58,581 nt of DNA. Source: a virus. Lineage: Duplodnaviria; Caudoviricetes. Below are positions 15,975 through 26,400 of this stretch, one piece after another. The stretch's first letter is position 1; each line of letters begins with the position of its first letter. Below the pieces are notes generated by a model. It worked only from the letters and a program-made list of their open reading frames with translations, ran no database searches and was not told the DNA's origin. Both the position numbers and the translations under genes were made by a program. Location: positions 1-58,581 of IMG/VR virus record IMGVR_UViG_3300004807_000026, one strand, 5' to 3'.

Positions 15975-18074
15975 TTACGGTGTAGTTGGTACTGAAGCGT
16001 TGTCAGGAACTCCACCGTGGAATCCGCGCATCCATCCACCTCGACGAGAATGTGTCCATTGTGTCCAGTTGACCGGGAGTCCTTGTGATTCAGATGCTTG
16101 AGCCATCTCCGCGTCAAACTTGTACTGATCGGCAACTGCTTGGTCGTATTTTTTCTTCAATTCAGAATGTAGTTGCGGTTTGTTGTGTTCACTCGACCAT
16201 TGCATGCCTTTTGTATATTGCCGCATGTCGCGTTGGGCATTTGCAATCTCATTTTTCATGTACTCTTCGCTAAGAAGAGGCTTGAACTCAAGCGGTAGTT
16301 CTTCCGGGCGATACCCCGGATGCTTTGCCACATAATTCTCGCGCAGCGCCTGAATATCAGGGTTCAACACGTTAGCGTTACCGTTGTAATTTTCAACCAT
16401 GAGGGCACGCATTGTACGGATGTCATTCTCCGACAAACGAGCGCCTTCTGCACCTTTGTCGATCTTTTGCCTAAGATCCGCTAAGAATCCCTGCGTGTAA
16501 TTTTGAATTTCCGAGTACTGAGATTCTGTAGGTTGCGTCCCGCGTGCAAAAGCCACGAAAGAATCAATAGCGTCAAGATCGAGTACGCGACGAGACTTGT
16601 TGGGGTCTCCCGATAGTGCCATTTGTGACACATTGAAAAATGCGGGGATCTGTTGTCCACGCATAGTCATCAATTTGATTTGTGGGTCACTATTAAAGTC
16701 GTCTACCTGCGCTTTGATGCCCGCCTCATTCATACGACCGAGACGTTCAGCCGTCTCAATGTGCTTGGTAGCGTGCTCCGCGGCTGCAGCCTCGGTCTTG
16801 AGGCGAGCGTCACGTACATTTTTCCAAGTGATGTGATAAAACCCGGACTTGTCGGGCTTGCTGTCAACTTTTGCAGCCTCGTAATCGGGATTTGAAAACT
16901 TGGACGCGTACAGTGCCGCATCTTGAGGTGACTTGAATACCGAGTACTTGGGAGCCTCATACTCCCGGGTGTCGGGAGCTTTGATTTTTTTGAAAGCGTC
17001 CATCAATTCAGATGGGGTTGCGTATTGCTTGCTTGGATCCAACGGTACAGACGGAGCAGGGGGAGTTGGGGGCGCAGCAGCTTGAACTTCTTGTGGAGGC
17101 GCGGGAGTTGGTGACGTAACAGGAGCAGCCGATTGGTCTTTCGTGACCATCTTCATCTCAGACGTCATCGCTGGCTTTACTTCGCGGACGGTAGGTGTTG
17201 GCTCCGGGGTCGGAGATGGTGTCGGCGCGGGGGTGGGAGTAGGAGTAGCCTGAACTGTTGGGCTCGGCATTGCGGTAGCCTGATGGTATTGATCTGCTGC
17301 AGTGTTGCCCGGATTCACTGCAGCGGGAGTACCTGTGCCTAGATAAGCTGGGTTTGTGTTAATGTCACGAGATGGAACGAGTACTGGAGGCTGAGTATTG
17401 GCTAGCTTAGGAGCAGGTTGATAGGTGACGCTACCCGAATCGAGACCGGGAATTGTCATGGCGGAAAGACTAGCAGCCTGACGGTCAACATTCTCCTGTT
17501 GCGCTTCGGGCGTCAGTATGCTGCCGGGAGTCATCATTCCTAGCTTCTTCGGCTCAATAGTAATACTACCCGGTGCGGTGTCGCGCTGAAATTGTGGCTC
17601 GGTAACGGGTTTTGAAAGGGGTGCAGAGTCAGGAGTCGGTTTAGTATTCAAGAAGTTGTGTGCTTCTTCTGCAGATGCGGATTCTTCTTCTGCGCCCGCA
17701 ATGTCTTTTGGCTGAACTCCCTTAATACGTAGCAACATCATCTTGTCTCGGTAATCCTGAGACCTTTGCTGTGCATCGTACCTATCTTGCTCTTTCTTTG
17801 CGTCCAAGGCTAACTTGGCCTGATCACGAGCATCTTTTATATCTTGTTTGCGTTGCTGATAAGCGACCTGAATGCCCTGACCGATGGCTCCTAATCCCTG
17901 AGAGATGCCCTGAGCTACAAGTTCTGGCTGCGCCGAAGGTATACTCCACCCAGCGAGAGGCTTGATCTGCATCGGGGAGGCACCTGCCATGCTGAATGGC
18001 TTCAGTGATTCCAACGGAGAATTGCCCTGCGGCACTGTTACATTGAATCCGGAAGTATCGAGTGAGAATGCCAT
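15975..18074 (-). CDS. internal virion (ejection) protein
   Basis: 699 aa, Cys-free, amphipathic GISQGLGAIGQGI segment, PT-rich linker, position before the giant protein. Confidence 0.6.
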   Translation of the reverse strand: MAFSLDTSGFNVTVPQGNSPLESLKPFSMAGASPMQIKPLAGWSIPSAQPELVAQGISQGLGAIGQGIQVAYQQRKQDIKDARDQAKLALDAKKEQDRYDAQQRSQDYRDKMMLLRIKGVQPKDIAGAEEESASAEEAHNFLNTKPTPDSAPLSKPVTEPQFQRDTAPGSITIEPKKLGMMTPGSILTPEAQQENVDRQAASLSAMTIPGLDSGSVTYQPAPKLANTQPPVLVPSRDINTNPAYLGTGTPAAVNPGNTAADQYHQATAMPSPTVQATPTPTPAPTPSPTPEPTPTVREVKPAMTSEMKMVTKDQSAAPVTSPTPAPPQEVQAAAPPTPPAPSVPLDPSKQYATPSELMDAFKKIKAPDTREYEAPKYSVFKSPQDAALYASKFSNPDYEAAKVDSKPDKSGFYHITWKNVRDARLKTEAAAAEHATKHIETAERLGRMNEAGIKAQVDDFNSDPQIKLMTMRGQQIPAFFNVSQMALSGDPNKSRRVLDLDAIDSFVAFARGTQPTESQYSEIQNYTQGFLADLRQKIDKGAEGARLSENDIRTMRALMVENYNGNANVLNPDIQALRENYVAKHPGYRPEELPLEFKPLLSEEYMKNEIANAQRDMRQYTKGMQWSSEHNKPQLHSELKKKYDQAVADQYKFDAEMAQASESQGLPVNWTQWTHSRRGGWMRGFHGGVPDNASVPTTP

Positions 18075-18079
18075 GAGAT

Positions 18080-19006
18080 TTAGTTTCCGCCGAAGGTGAG
18101 TCCTTGCATATTGGGCAGGAATGACGGGTTGTTTGCCTGCCCGGTCATGTTCGCCTTTTGCGAAGGTTGTTGGGCATTGTCTGACGGCATGCCCGTCGCT
18201 GTCAATGCATTAAACGCGGCAACTCCCTTCGGTGCTTTTATTCCGGTAGCTGCCTGCTGCGCGGTAGCCGCAACTCCACCCGCCTGACCTTTGTTAGCAA
18301 CATCTGCCTGCGCTTGCTGCAGCGCTAGTTTGGCTTGATCCTGAGCCAGCAAATTCTTCTCTTTTCCTAGAGTCGCAGACTCTCCCGGTAATTGATTGAG
18401 GACTGACTGAACTGTTTTTTGTTGCTGACCGATCTGAGGTGTTAATTTTGAAGCGCCTAGATTTGACGCCTGAACAATGCCTAGTTCTGTTTGCGAAAGG
18501 TTGTACGGGTCAGTGATGCTCTTTGCAATCTGCTGCTGTGCTGCGTTCAACCCTGAAGTTGGGATACCTTGGGATATTTCAGTACCAAGGTTGCTTAAAT
18601 TTGCTCCAGAGTCATTTTGAACTCGTGTATACTCAGTTCTGTACCCGGATGGTGAAGAACTGTCAGGAGTTTGGATTGAGTGCGTCTCGTAGATTCCAAA
18701 CGGACTATTTTTTTGAGCAATCGCTTGATTGTACAGATTGACCGATGTGTCAGCGTTCTTTTGGTACAACTTTTGATTTTGCTGCGCGGTCTTCAAATCA
18801 TTTGCTTTCTGCGTGTCCAATACTCCTAGCTGTGCCTGCTGAGCGGACAAGTACTGATTGGTAAGTGCTTGTATCTGCTGCTGCTTTGCAATTGCATTCT
18901 GCAGATCGGAGATCGTGGCATTACTGATCCCCTGCTTGGGGATCTGGTTCATGTATCCCTGATACTGCTGCTGCAGGGCAGCGAGTTGCTGATCGTAAAC
19001 GCTCAT
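18080..19006 (-). CDS. internal virion protein, Gln-rich
   Basis: 308 aa, Cys-free; ends LPNMQGLTFGGN. Confidence 0.55.
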   Translation of the reverse strand: MSVYDQQLAALQQQYQGYMNQIPKQGISNATISDLQNAIAKQQQIQALTNQYLSAQQAQLGVLDTQKANDLKTAQQNQKLYQKNADTSVNLYNQAIAQKNSPFGIYETHSIQTPDSSSPSGYRTEYTRVQNDSGANLSNLGTEISQGIPTSGLNAAQQQIAKSITDPYNLSQTELGIVQASNLGASKLTPQIGQQQKTVQSVLNQLPGESATLGKEKNLLAQDQAKLALQQAQADVANKGQAGGVAATAQQAATGIKAPKGVAAFNALTATGMPSDNAQQPSQKANMTGQANNPSFLPNMQGLTFGGN

Positions 19007-19018
19007 GGCGAGTAAGTA

Positions 19019-19570
19019 CTACCCGCCGAACTTGAGGTTCGACATGCTCGGCATAGAAAATTGATTTGCTGGACGGTTCAGCGGGCTAGCATTTGAGCCG
19101 AACGATCCAGCAGTTGTCAGCGCAGGATTCACCGCGGGCATCGTTGTCCCGGCCTGATTGTACGCGGTCTTGGGGAGCGTCCCGGCAGCTTGGTTTAGGT
19201 TTGCTGCGGCACCTTGGTTCATCGCGTTGATGTTTACGGGAGCACCGACCTGAGATTGACCTAATTGCTGCTCTGCAGCCTGCATCGCAGCCTGTACGGG
19301 TTGATCCTTAATCGCTTGTACCTGTCCAGCAGTTTCAATTCCCTGCTGAGCAAGTTGGCTACCTTGCTGAGCCTGTTGCTGTTGCTGCGCGGCTTGAGCG
19401 GCATTAAGAGCATCTGTTTGAGCTTTTTGCTGAGCCGCAAGTGCTTGCTGCTCCTGCGTATTCATTTGCTGCAAGAACCCTAGCAATTGATCTTGAGACA
19501 ATTGTTGTTGATATTGACCTACAGCTCCTTCGCTGGCATTTCCGCCTCCTGATGAAAACATTCCGCCCAT
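19019..19570 (-). CDS. internal virion protein, Gln/Ala-rich
   Basis: starts MGG; ends MPSMSNLKFGG. Confidence 0.55.
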   Translation of the reverse strand: MGGMFSSGGGNASEGAVGQYQQQLSQDQLLGFLQQMNTQEQQALAAQQKAQTDALNAAQAAQQQQQAQQGSQLAQQGIETAGQVQAIKDQPVQAAMQAAEQQLGQSQVGAPVNINAMNQGAAANLNQAAGTLPKTAYNQAGTTMPAVNPALTTAGSFGSNASPLNRPANQFSMPSMSNLKFGG

Positions 19571-19590
19571 AATTTTAGTTGGTTAGTGAT

Positions 19591-20646
19591 TTATTGCCCG
19601 GGCATTCTCCACCCAGACATTGTGTACATCCCCGGTGTTGATGCTGGTGAAATCATTGGAGATCCCTGTGCAGGATTTCCTGTGCTGTACGCGTTATACG
19701 CAGCCTGTGGAGAAGCGTAGTATCCACCTATAGATGCCGGGCCACCGTTTTCTACCGTGGAAGACGAACTGAATGGTGAACTATTCAATCCCGTACCTTG
19801 GTTAATCCCTTGCGCTAATGCGTTACCAAGAACTCCACCAAATCCTCCACCAAGTGCAGCGCCACCAATAGTTCCAGCAGCCGAGACAAGTGCCCCGGTT
19901 GTAGCATTCTGGCTAGCACGGTTCCCAGCGGCAGCGTTGAGTAGTGCCTGCTGGTAATTCTGCCAGTTTTGCTGATTGGCTCCCACAGCTTGGCTAGCAT
20001 TTGCCATCTGCGAGTTGATCCAGTCACTGGTAGACTGAAGATTGGCCTGCGTACTGCCCATCATTGCATTCTGATTGGCGTTGGCATTCTGTACTGCCTG
20101 TGCCTGTGCAGCCTGCTGCGCTGAGACAAGGGCACCGGGGTCTATCCCTGCATTGGGAGCCTGATTCTGTGCCAAGTAATTGGCTGCAGCCTGTTCAGCG
20201 GCCTGCTTACGTGCCAATCCCTGTGCGGTGTTGGTGTCAAAGTAAGCGGACTTGCCAATTGTGCTGTCCTGCATCCCTGATCCAAAAAGCTGTGCAAGAT
20301 TCTGCTGTGTGTAGGGAGAAGATGCTCCAACTCCAGACGCTGCCGTGAGATCAGATGCCAGTTGCTTGGGAAGAGCCTGCCGCAATGCCGCAGCGTCGGG
20401 TGACATCGCTTTTTCTAGTGCCTGCGAGTTGGCAGCATTGATAAGTGCTTCTTGCTGCGCCAGTTTTTGCATACCCGGTAAGTTGGGTATGTACGACTGA
20501 GTCGGGTGTTGCGCTTGCCACATCAACGCTTGATTCCTGAGATTCTGCGTCTGCTGACCCAATCCCATTTGCATTGTCAGCAACTCCTCCGGGAGCACGT
20601 TGCTCGGAGGAGAGATAAAAGAGCCTGCGTTTACACTTCCACCCAT
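19591..20646 (-). CDS. DNA pilot/ejection protein (P22 gp7-like position)
   Basis: start MGGSVNAG; Gln/Ala/Asn-rich; Gly-rich hydrophobic segment GALVSAAGTIGGAALGGGFGGVLG. Confidence 0.6.
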   Translation of the reverse strand: MGGSVNAGSFISPPSNVLPEELLTMQMGLGQQTQNLRNQALMWQAQHPTQSYIPNLPGMQKLAQQEALINAANSQALEKAMSPDAAALRQALPKQLASDLTAASGVGASSPYTQQNLAQLFGSGMQDSTIGKSAYFDTNTAQGLARKQAAEQAAANYLAQNQAPNAGIDPGALVSAQQAAQAQAVQNANANQNAMMGSTQANLQSTSDWINSQMANASQAVGANQQNWQNYQQALLNAAAGNRASQNATTGALVSAAGTIGGAALGGGFGGVLGNALAQGINQGTGLNSSPFSSSSTVENGGPASIGGYYASPQAAYNAYSTGNPAQGSPMISPASTPGMYTMSGWRMPGQ

Positions 20647-20650
20647 AAAA

Positions 20651-21031
20651 TCACATAGGGCAATAAACCTCACGGTTCATACGCGCCAGTCCTAGTTTGT
20701 TCATCGTTGCTTCGGGAAAATTGGGTCTCGCGTTGTCGAGTGGCACACCTACATAAAGTGGCTTGCCCGAAAGTTGAGAATGTGCCCTGTAGTCGTTCAT
20801 AACTTGCACCACATCGCGAGGTCGAGTGAACTCGGGATGAAAAGCGGGGTAAATTGTGGGTACGAATACATGGTCACAGTATCCGAAACATACATTATCT
20901 CTGTAGTGCGCGTAAACATTAATTTGAGGATGTGAGACAATTGTATGGTCAAACGTCCCGGCAAATTCCTGAAGTTTTTCAAACTTTTCAGTATTGGGAG
21001 CGACGTACTCGTATCGAATTGGTGATCTCAT
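20651..21031 (-). CDS. hypothetical protein, possibly GNAT-like (T7 gp13-like position)
   Basis: 126 aa between nozzle and ejection genes; C-terminal MNKLGL.R pattern. Confidence 0.4.
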   Translation of the reverse strand: MRSPIRYEYVAPNTEKFEKLQEFAGTFDHTIVSHPQINVYAHYRDNVCFGYCDHVFVPTIYPAFHPEFTRPRDVVQVMNDYRAHSQLSGKPLYVGVPLDNARPNFPEATMNKLGLARMNREVYCPM

Positions 21032-21033
21032 GA

Positions 21034-21294
21034 TTAGGGATAGTTAATAGTAGTTGTGTAGGATACTGAATTTGCGGAAACCGTTAAGTTGCTGTTGGCT
21101 GCTTGACTGTTTGTCAGAATATCCGACCGAGATTGAGACGTACCACAAACTACGCACGGTAAACACGTTCCGGAAGGAAGATTGGGGATTGGAACCGATG
21201 AGTAGACAGGAATGACGCCATCTTGACCGTACGGGCTACCGAATAGGTTAGAAAACCCGGTTCCTACATACTGTGAATCGGTTATTGATGGCAT
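21034..21294 (-). CDS. small virion-associated protein with CxxCxxC
   Basis: GTCLPCVVCG; Ser/Thr-rich. Confidence 0.5.
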   Translation of the reverse strand: MPSITDSQYVGTGFSNLFGSPYGQDGVIPVYSSVPIPNLPSGTCLPCVVCGTSQSRSDILTNSQAANSNLTVSANSVSYTTTINYP

Positions 21295-21296
21295 AA

Positions 21297-23420
21297 TTAG
21301 CAGTGAGTTGCGAGTCCTTTGGCGATAACTTTAGCCTCATTCAGCGCCATGTTGTACGCTACCGATTCAGCGTCGGTATATGATACGTAAGAAGTAACAG
21401 AGGCAGTTGCTGAGACGTAGATGATGTTGCCTGATGTAGCACACGTAGTGGAAGCTCCCGCAGTTTGAGTGGAAGTATAGGCGACCTCCTGATATGCGGG
21501 ATCTTCTTGAGGGGCGGGCGGAAGATTAACGAGGATACTGGAACCGTTTTCTCCTACCACGCAATATTCATTCTCGTTGGAATTCGGATTGCCAATTGAC
21601 TTCTCCGACCAAGGATCCATGAACATGCGGACGGCTTCGACGCCAAATTCTCCGCACCATTCGATGAGGAAACTAAATGCCTTGTCCACATCGAGTGTCA
21701 GGTTGGACTCGCACGATTGAAGTTTGACGTTTCTCTGTATGTTCTCGGTTGTCAATCGTCGGTACTGAGTGCTCAGGAACCCAAGGTCAGCAATGGCATC
21801 AGCAGAGGGACTGTACGCATATTGGTACGCTTCAGTAGCTGCCAGTAACCGGGTACTGAGTATCGGTGTGTACGCTCCCTTGCTACCGCGGAAAGATACC
21901 GTCACATCGACAGTACCACCGACTTGCATGCACTCGATTTCTCCGTACACAAATTGCTTGTGATCAAAACCGTCGCCTAGAAGTGCGGTCTCCATCTGAC
22001 AGTAAATCCTGTTGTAGTATTCGGTCGTTGTGCCGTCACTATTGATCGACAAGACCGTATCGTATCTTTCCGGGAGGAAAGACTCCCACAGGTGGTTGTA
22101 AGAACCGTCGTTGGTCGGCGCGTAATCAACAGAAAAGTGAAATGCCCGGGGAGTTCCATCAATCACTCCGGTAGTCCAAATAACCGGGTGCGTGCCGTTC
22201 CAAACTCCCGCCCATGCGGGTGACCTCGATTGGTTCCACTCGGATGCTGGCGCGTAATCCAATATCATCGTGGCACTGTTCAAGGTCTCCAAGTACGGGA
22301 TGCTATACAATAGGTAATTCTCAAACGACACCGCGCAGATCCCTGTGTAATCGGGTGCCATGTACCTCTTGGCGCGAGCCATCTCGACGTCCTTGTACAG
22401 AACTTGGGAGGATAAGTAAGCGGAGGCAGCGACGTCGGCTGAAATAAGACCTCCCTGTGAGTACCACCACATCATGCCCGCCTGAAAAGCAATACTGTTC
22501 CCGGCAATACACCCGATGTTGGGGTAAAGCGTTGTCACAAAATTCTGCACTGTCGTCCATTGCGTACGATCAAGAATGCCGCTTGAAATTGAGTATGTCG
22601 TGCGGTCGGAAAAGACGTACAGCTTCGTGTCGTTGTTCTGACCAATGTAATCAACAAGCGCCGTTATGGGACGTGCGAAGCTAAAGTCTCCTCGGGAGAC
22701 TCCTGACTGACGCTCAAGCCAACTCAAAGGATTACCAAGATCAGACGCCAGCACAATGTTGCCAGCAGCGACCCATAGACGGTTGCCTGAGTATGCCATC
22801 CACGTCCCGGTAGGAATCGCAGCAGACTGTCCTCCGATTGTGTCGCTACCGTCCCAATAAGCAGGCGCTGAGATCCCATCCTGAATCATTACCAATCGGT
22901 GACTCGGAGTAACCGTTACATTTCCCCCGGATGAAACGCTAGCCGATTGAGTCGCTACGCAAAAGTGAACCTGCTTGACGTTGGGATCCATCTGAATCCC
23001 GGTAAGTTGATAGTCAATCCATGCCTTGGGCTGAGTCAGAGGAAACGGAGAGAAATAGACATTGCCGTCAACGCAAAATACAATGTACGAGAGTTCGGTC
23101 GCCGAGGATGGCGTGCCGTCGTAGTTGTAAATTGTCTGCGCGGTATTGGTGACAATATTGTTCAGCGTTGTGGACGTCGCAGCGGTATAAACTTTATTAG
23201 CGTTGAATACTAATCCACCTTGGAAATTGCCTTTAGGCAAAGACAGTCGCATCGCCTGACCGGGGCGGGTTTGCACAATCCCGCCGCGTATGGACGTGTT
23301 AACTCCCCACTTGAATTGATCTTCCGGGAGACCCCAAGCATTCCGCACTGAGTTGACACCGTGCATCCATCCCGCGGAGGTCTTTTGCATCCTCCCCGAG
23401 GTTATCGAGGGAGACTTCAT
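21297..23420 (-). CDS. tail tubular/nozzle protein (T7 gp12/P22 gp10-like)
   Basis: 707 aa from MKSPSIT; beta-rich; N-terminal GxN...RPG and internal NRLWV motif; follows the adaptor-like gene. Confidence 0.65.
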   Translation of the reverse strand: MKSPSITSGRMQKTSAGWMHGVNSVRNAWGLPEDQFKWGVNTSIRGGIVQTRPGQAMRLSLPKGNFQGGLVFNANKVYTAATSTTLNNIVTNTAQTIYNYDGTPSSATELSYIVFCVDGNVYFSPFPLTQPKAWIDYQLTGIQMDPNVKQVHFCVATQSASVSSGGNVTVTPSHRLVMIQDGISAPAYWDGSDTIGGQSAAIPTGTWMAYSGNRLWVAAGNIVLASDLGNPLSWLERQSGVSRGDFSFARPITALVDYIGQNNDTKLYVFSDRTTYSISSGILDRTQWTTVQNFVTTLYPNIGCIAGNSIAFQAGMMWWYSQGGLISADVAASAYLSSQVLYKDVEMARAKRYMAPDYTGICAVSFENYLLYSIPYLETLNSATMILDYAPASEWNQSRSPAWAGVWNGTHPVIWTTGVIDGTPRAFHFSVDYAPTNDGSYNHLWESFLPERYDTVLSINSDGTTTEYYNRIYCQMETALLGDGFDHKQFVYGEIECMQVGGTVDVTVSFRGSKGAYTPILSTRLLAATEAYQYAYSPSADAIADLGFLSTQYRRLTTENIQRNVKLQSCESNLTLDVDKAFSFLIEWCGEFGVEAVRMFMDPWSEKSIGNPNSNENEYCVVGENGSSILVNLPPAPQEDPAYQEVAYTSTQTAGASTTCATSGNIIYVSATASVTSYVSYTDAESVAYNMALNEAKVIAKGLATHC

Positions 23421-26400
23421 TAGAAGTAGAATTGGCACCCGTCAATGACAGGATCTGTCCCGTCACCGTACGTGATGTTGTTGATCTGAGGCGGATTGAA
23501 CGCATGCCCGTCCATGCTGTTCTGCTGATTCTTGAGGTAACTCATTGCCATTGCCCAGTACTTCGTGGCCTGATCCATGAAATCTTTATCCTCTAGGTCA
23601 ACCGCGTGAACAGCAGCGATAATTGCCCGGGTCTGCTCCAGCGGGATGTAGTCGTAGATGCTCGTGATGGTAGGAGCTTTCACCCGGTACAGGATGCGAG
23701 CCCACGCGCATGATTGACCGATCTTGATCCTGCGATACATCGGATTTGTCTCACTGGGGTGATACTGACCGATCAAGGTCATGTCGTTCGTGCGACCGCG
23801 GTCGAAAGCATAGAGACTGACGTACCCATCGGTCAGTGGTTTGTCGATGTGTTGTACTGACTTGACAACGACCGCGGTTACTACTGCGTCCACAAAGAAT
23901 GTTGACTCTACCGTATTTCCTACGGATGAAAAAGTCTGCAATCCAGTGATTGAACTTGGAGTAGTTGCGTGTGCGTATGTGTCAAACAGTTCAAACGTAT
24001 TGTTGTCCAACCTACGGATGTAGTACGGAACATTGCTAGGCAATACTGTTCCACTATGCAGCTTGGGCAGTGAGTCTCCGGTATTAGCCCGGACAAAAAC
24101 TTCTGTCCCGGTTTCGTACATTGATTCAGAGGCTACAATTGAAGAAAGAGATGGAATTGACACGTCCGATTGAACAGTCATGTACAATTGACCAATTGGT
24201 AACTCATTCGCATTTCCCGATGGGGTACCAGTTAGAGTAATTGCTCCTCCACTTATGTTTCCAATTGTCCTAGTCGCAGTTTGATCCATCCAAGAAGGAA
24301 CCAATCCCGCCGAGGTAAATATCACATTCTGACCAACAGCAAGATTTGATGTTGAGCTAGGTACTATCTGACTTCCAAGGCAGACAACTCCACCAACTAG
24401 GGGGACAACATAATAACCTTGACCTGTTCCTAGTGTTGTAACGGTTATCGAGGGAGGTAGAGAAATTTGAACTGTCGGAACTCCAGAATATCCGCTGCCT
24501 GCTGAAACTTTTACCAACGAAAATATAGAACCGTCGATACTGTTTATAAAACCTACATACGAAGCTCCTGTTCCATTTCCTGTAATAACAAGTGAGACGG
24601 CTCCGGGAGTAATCACACATCCCGAGCCAGTAGTAAAACCAGACACAGTACCAAGAGTTAAAACGGATGACTTAGTGTACCCAGTACCTGCTGTGGTTAC
24701 ATTTACCGATTGAACAACACCGCTAGAGTTAACTACTACTGTTCCAAGCGCTCCGGATCCTTGCCCCGTTGAGTCTACAATTGGTACGCTTGAATATGGG
24801 GATGATGCATACGCATACCCAGTACCCCCACTAAGTAAACCCAAATTTGATGCGGTTAAAGTTATACCAGATAGTATAGAAGTGGTGTTGGAAATATATC
24901 CCGATCCGGGATTTGTAATCGTTAGAGAAGATATTCCTGTGCTACTGATATTCGCAGTTGCCGTTGCAAATGTGCCATTGAACAAGAAGGCTTCTGTATT
25001 AGAAATTGGGAAGAGACCATAATTGACCCCAGATGATAAAGGAGCAGGAGCCAAGTAATCAGTCCCAAACTGGACAACGGTAGGTTCTGTATTAGTCGAA
25101 TTATATAGACCTGTGAAATCGCCTGCCCACTTTGTGGTATTGCTTACGCTTCGCCCTGCAACTGTTCCAGAAGCTGAGTTGAACGAGAGACCGAACGCAC
25201 GACTGATGACAAGGTAGAAAGTTCCAGACCCTGTATCTGTAATGTTTACAGCACTGAAGTCTGCATTCTTGACCGTAAAACTCGTTGCAGTGTCGGGTGC
25301 CTCGGCGCGGTAGGGAACTCCTGAGACAAGCGGAGAAGGCAATGTGCCTGTCGAAGAGAATTGCACAAAGACATTTGTAGACGGCGTAATTGTGACCGTA
25401 GGAGCTGAGGTGTATCCGCTACCCAATGACACGGGTGTGATTGCAGCCAATGTCCCATCGGAATTGATTGATGCGGTTGCAGTAGCACCAGTCCCTCCTC
25501 CACCAGTTATTGTGACTTGAGGAACCTGAGTATATCCAGATCCGGGATTTTGGATGAAATAATTATTTACTGATGTGTATTGCGCCAAAGTATATGCCGT
25601 TGCAGCAGTACTGTGTGATCCCGTAATCGTAACTCTTGGAGGAAAAATATACCCCGTACCACTTTCTTGAACCACTATACTAGTTATTACTCCAGACCCC
25701 ACTGTTATAGCTGCTTGAGCACCCGTACCTAATGGCTGCAAAGTTATCGCGCTGATGTTTCCTGTAGAGTTTACAGTTGCTGTGGCTACTGCACCATATC
25801 CTCCACCACCTGTAATAGACACAATTGGCGGATTAACGGTAGAATATCCTGTACCTGCAGTCGTAGGGACAATTGAAGAAATATATTTGTACCCGGTAGC
25901 GGAATCCGTCTGAAGCGTGACACTTCCCGACCCAAAAGTTGCGGGTGTTCCTGTGTATCCAACTGGAGGTATCAATGTAACTGTTGGTGCACTTGTATAT
26001 TGATAACCTCCAACATCACTAAAAGATATTGTCGGCGTCGTATACCCTGTTCCACCGGAAACAATGTTTACGCTAATTATACCCCCTTCGGGATAGGCAT
26101 TTACAATGGCTCCGCTACCAGAAGCAGGTGTTGCAGCAAGATTAAAACCAGAAGCCTGAATTTGATTTGTGCTACCAACTACTGCCGTTGCAGGTATCAA
26201 CTTGGCGAATGAATTTACTCCTGACCCTGTAGTCGTGACAACAATCGGATTTTTCCCTGTTGCAGCGTCGGTCGAATTAGTGTGAATGCTAATCGACGTA
26301 GTGCTGATGACGTGGACAAAGTAATTGACATTGGTAAGTAATGGTTGTGGAAGAGTGCCACTAGTCACTGCCTCAACAACGTCTCCGGTAGAAAAGTAGT

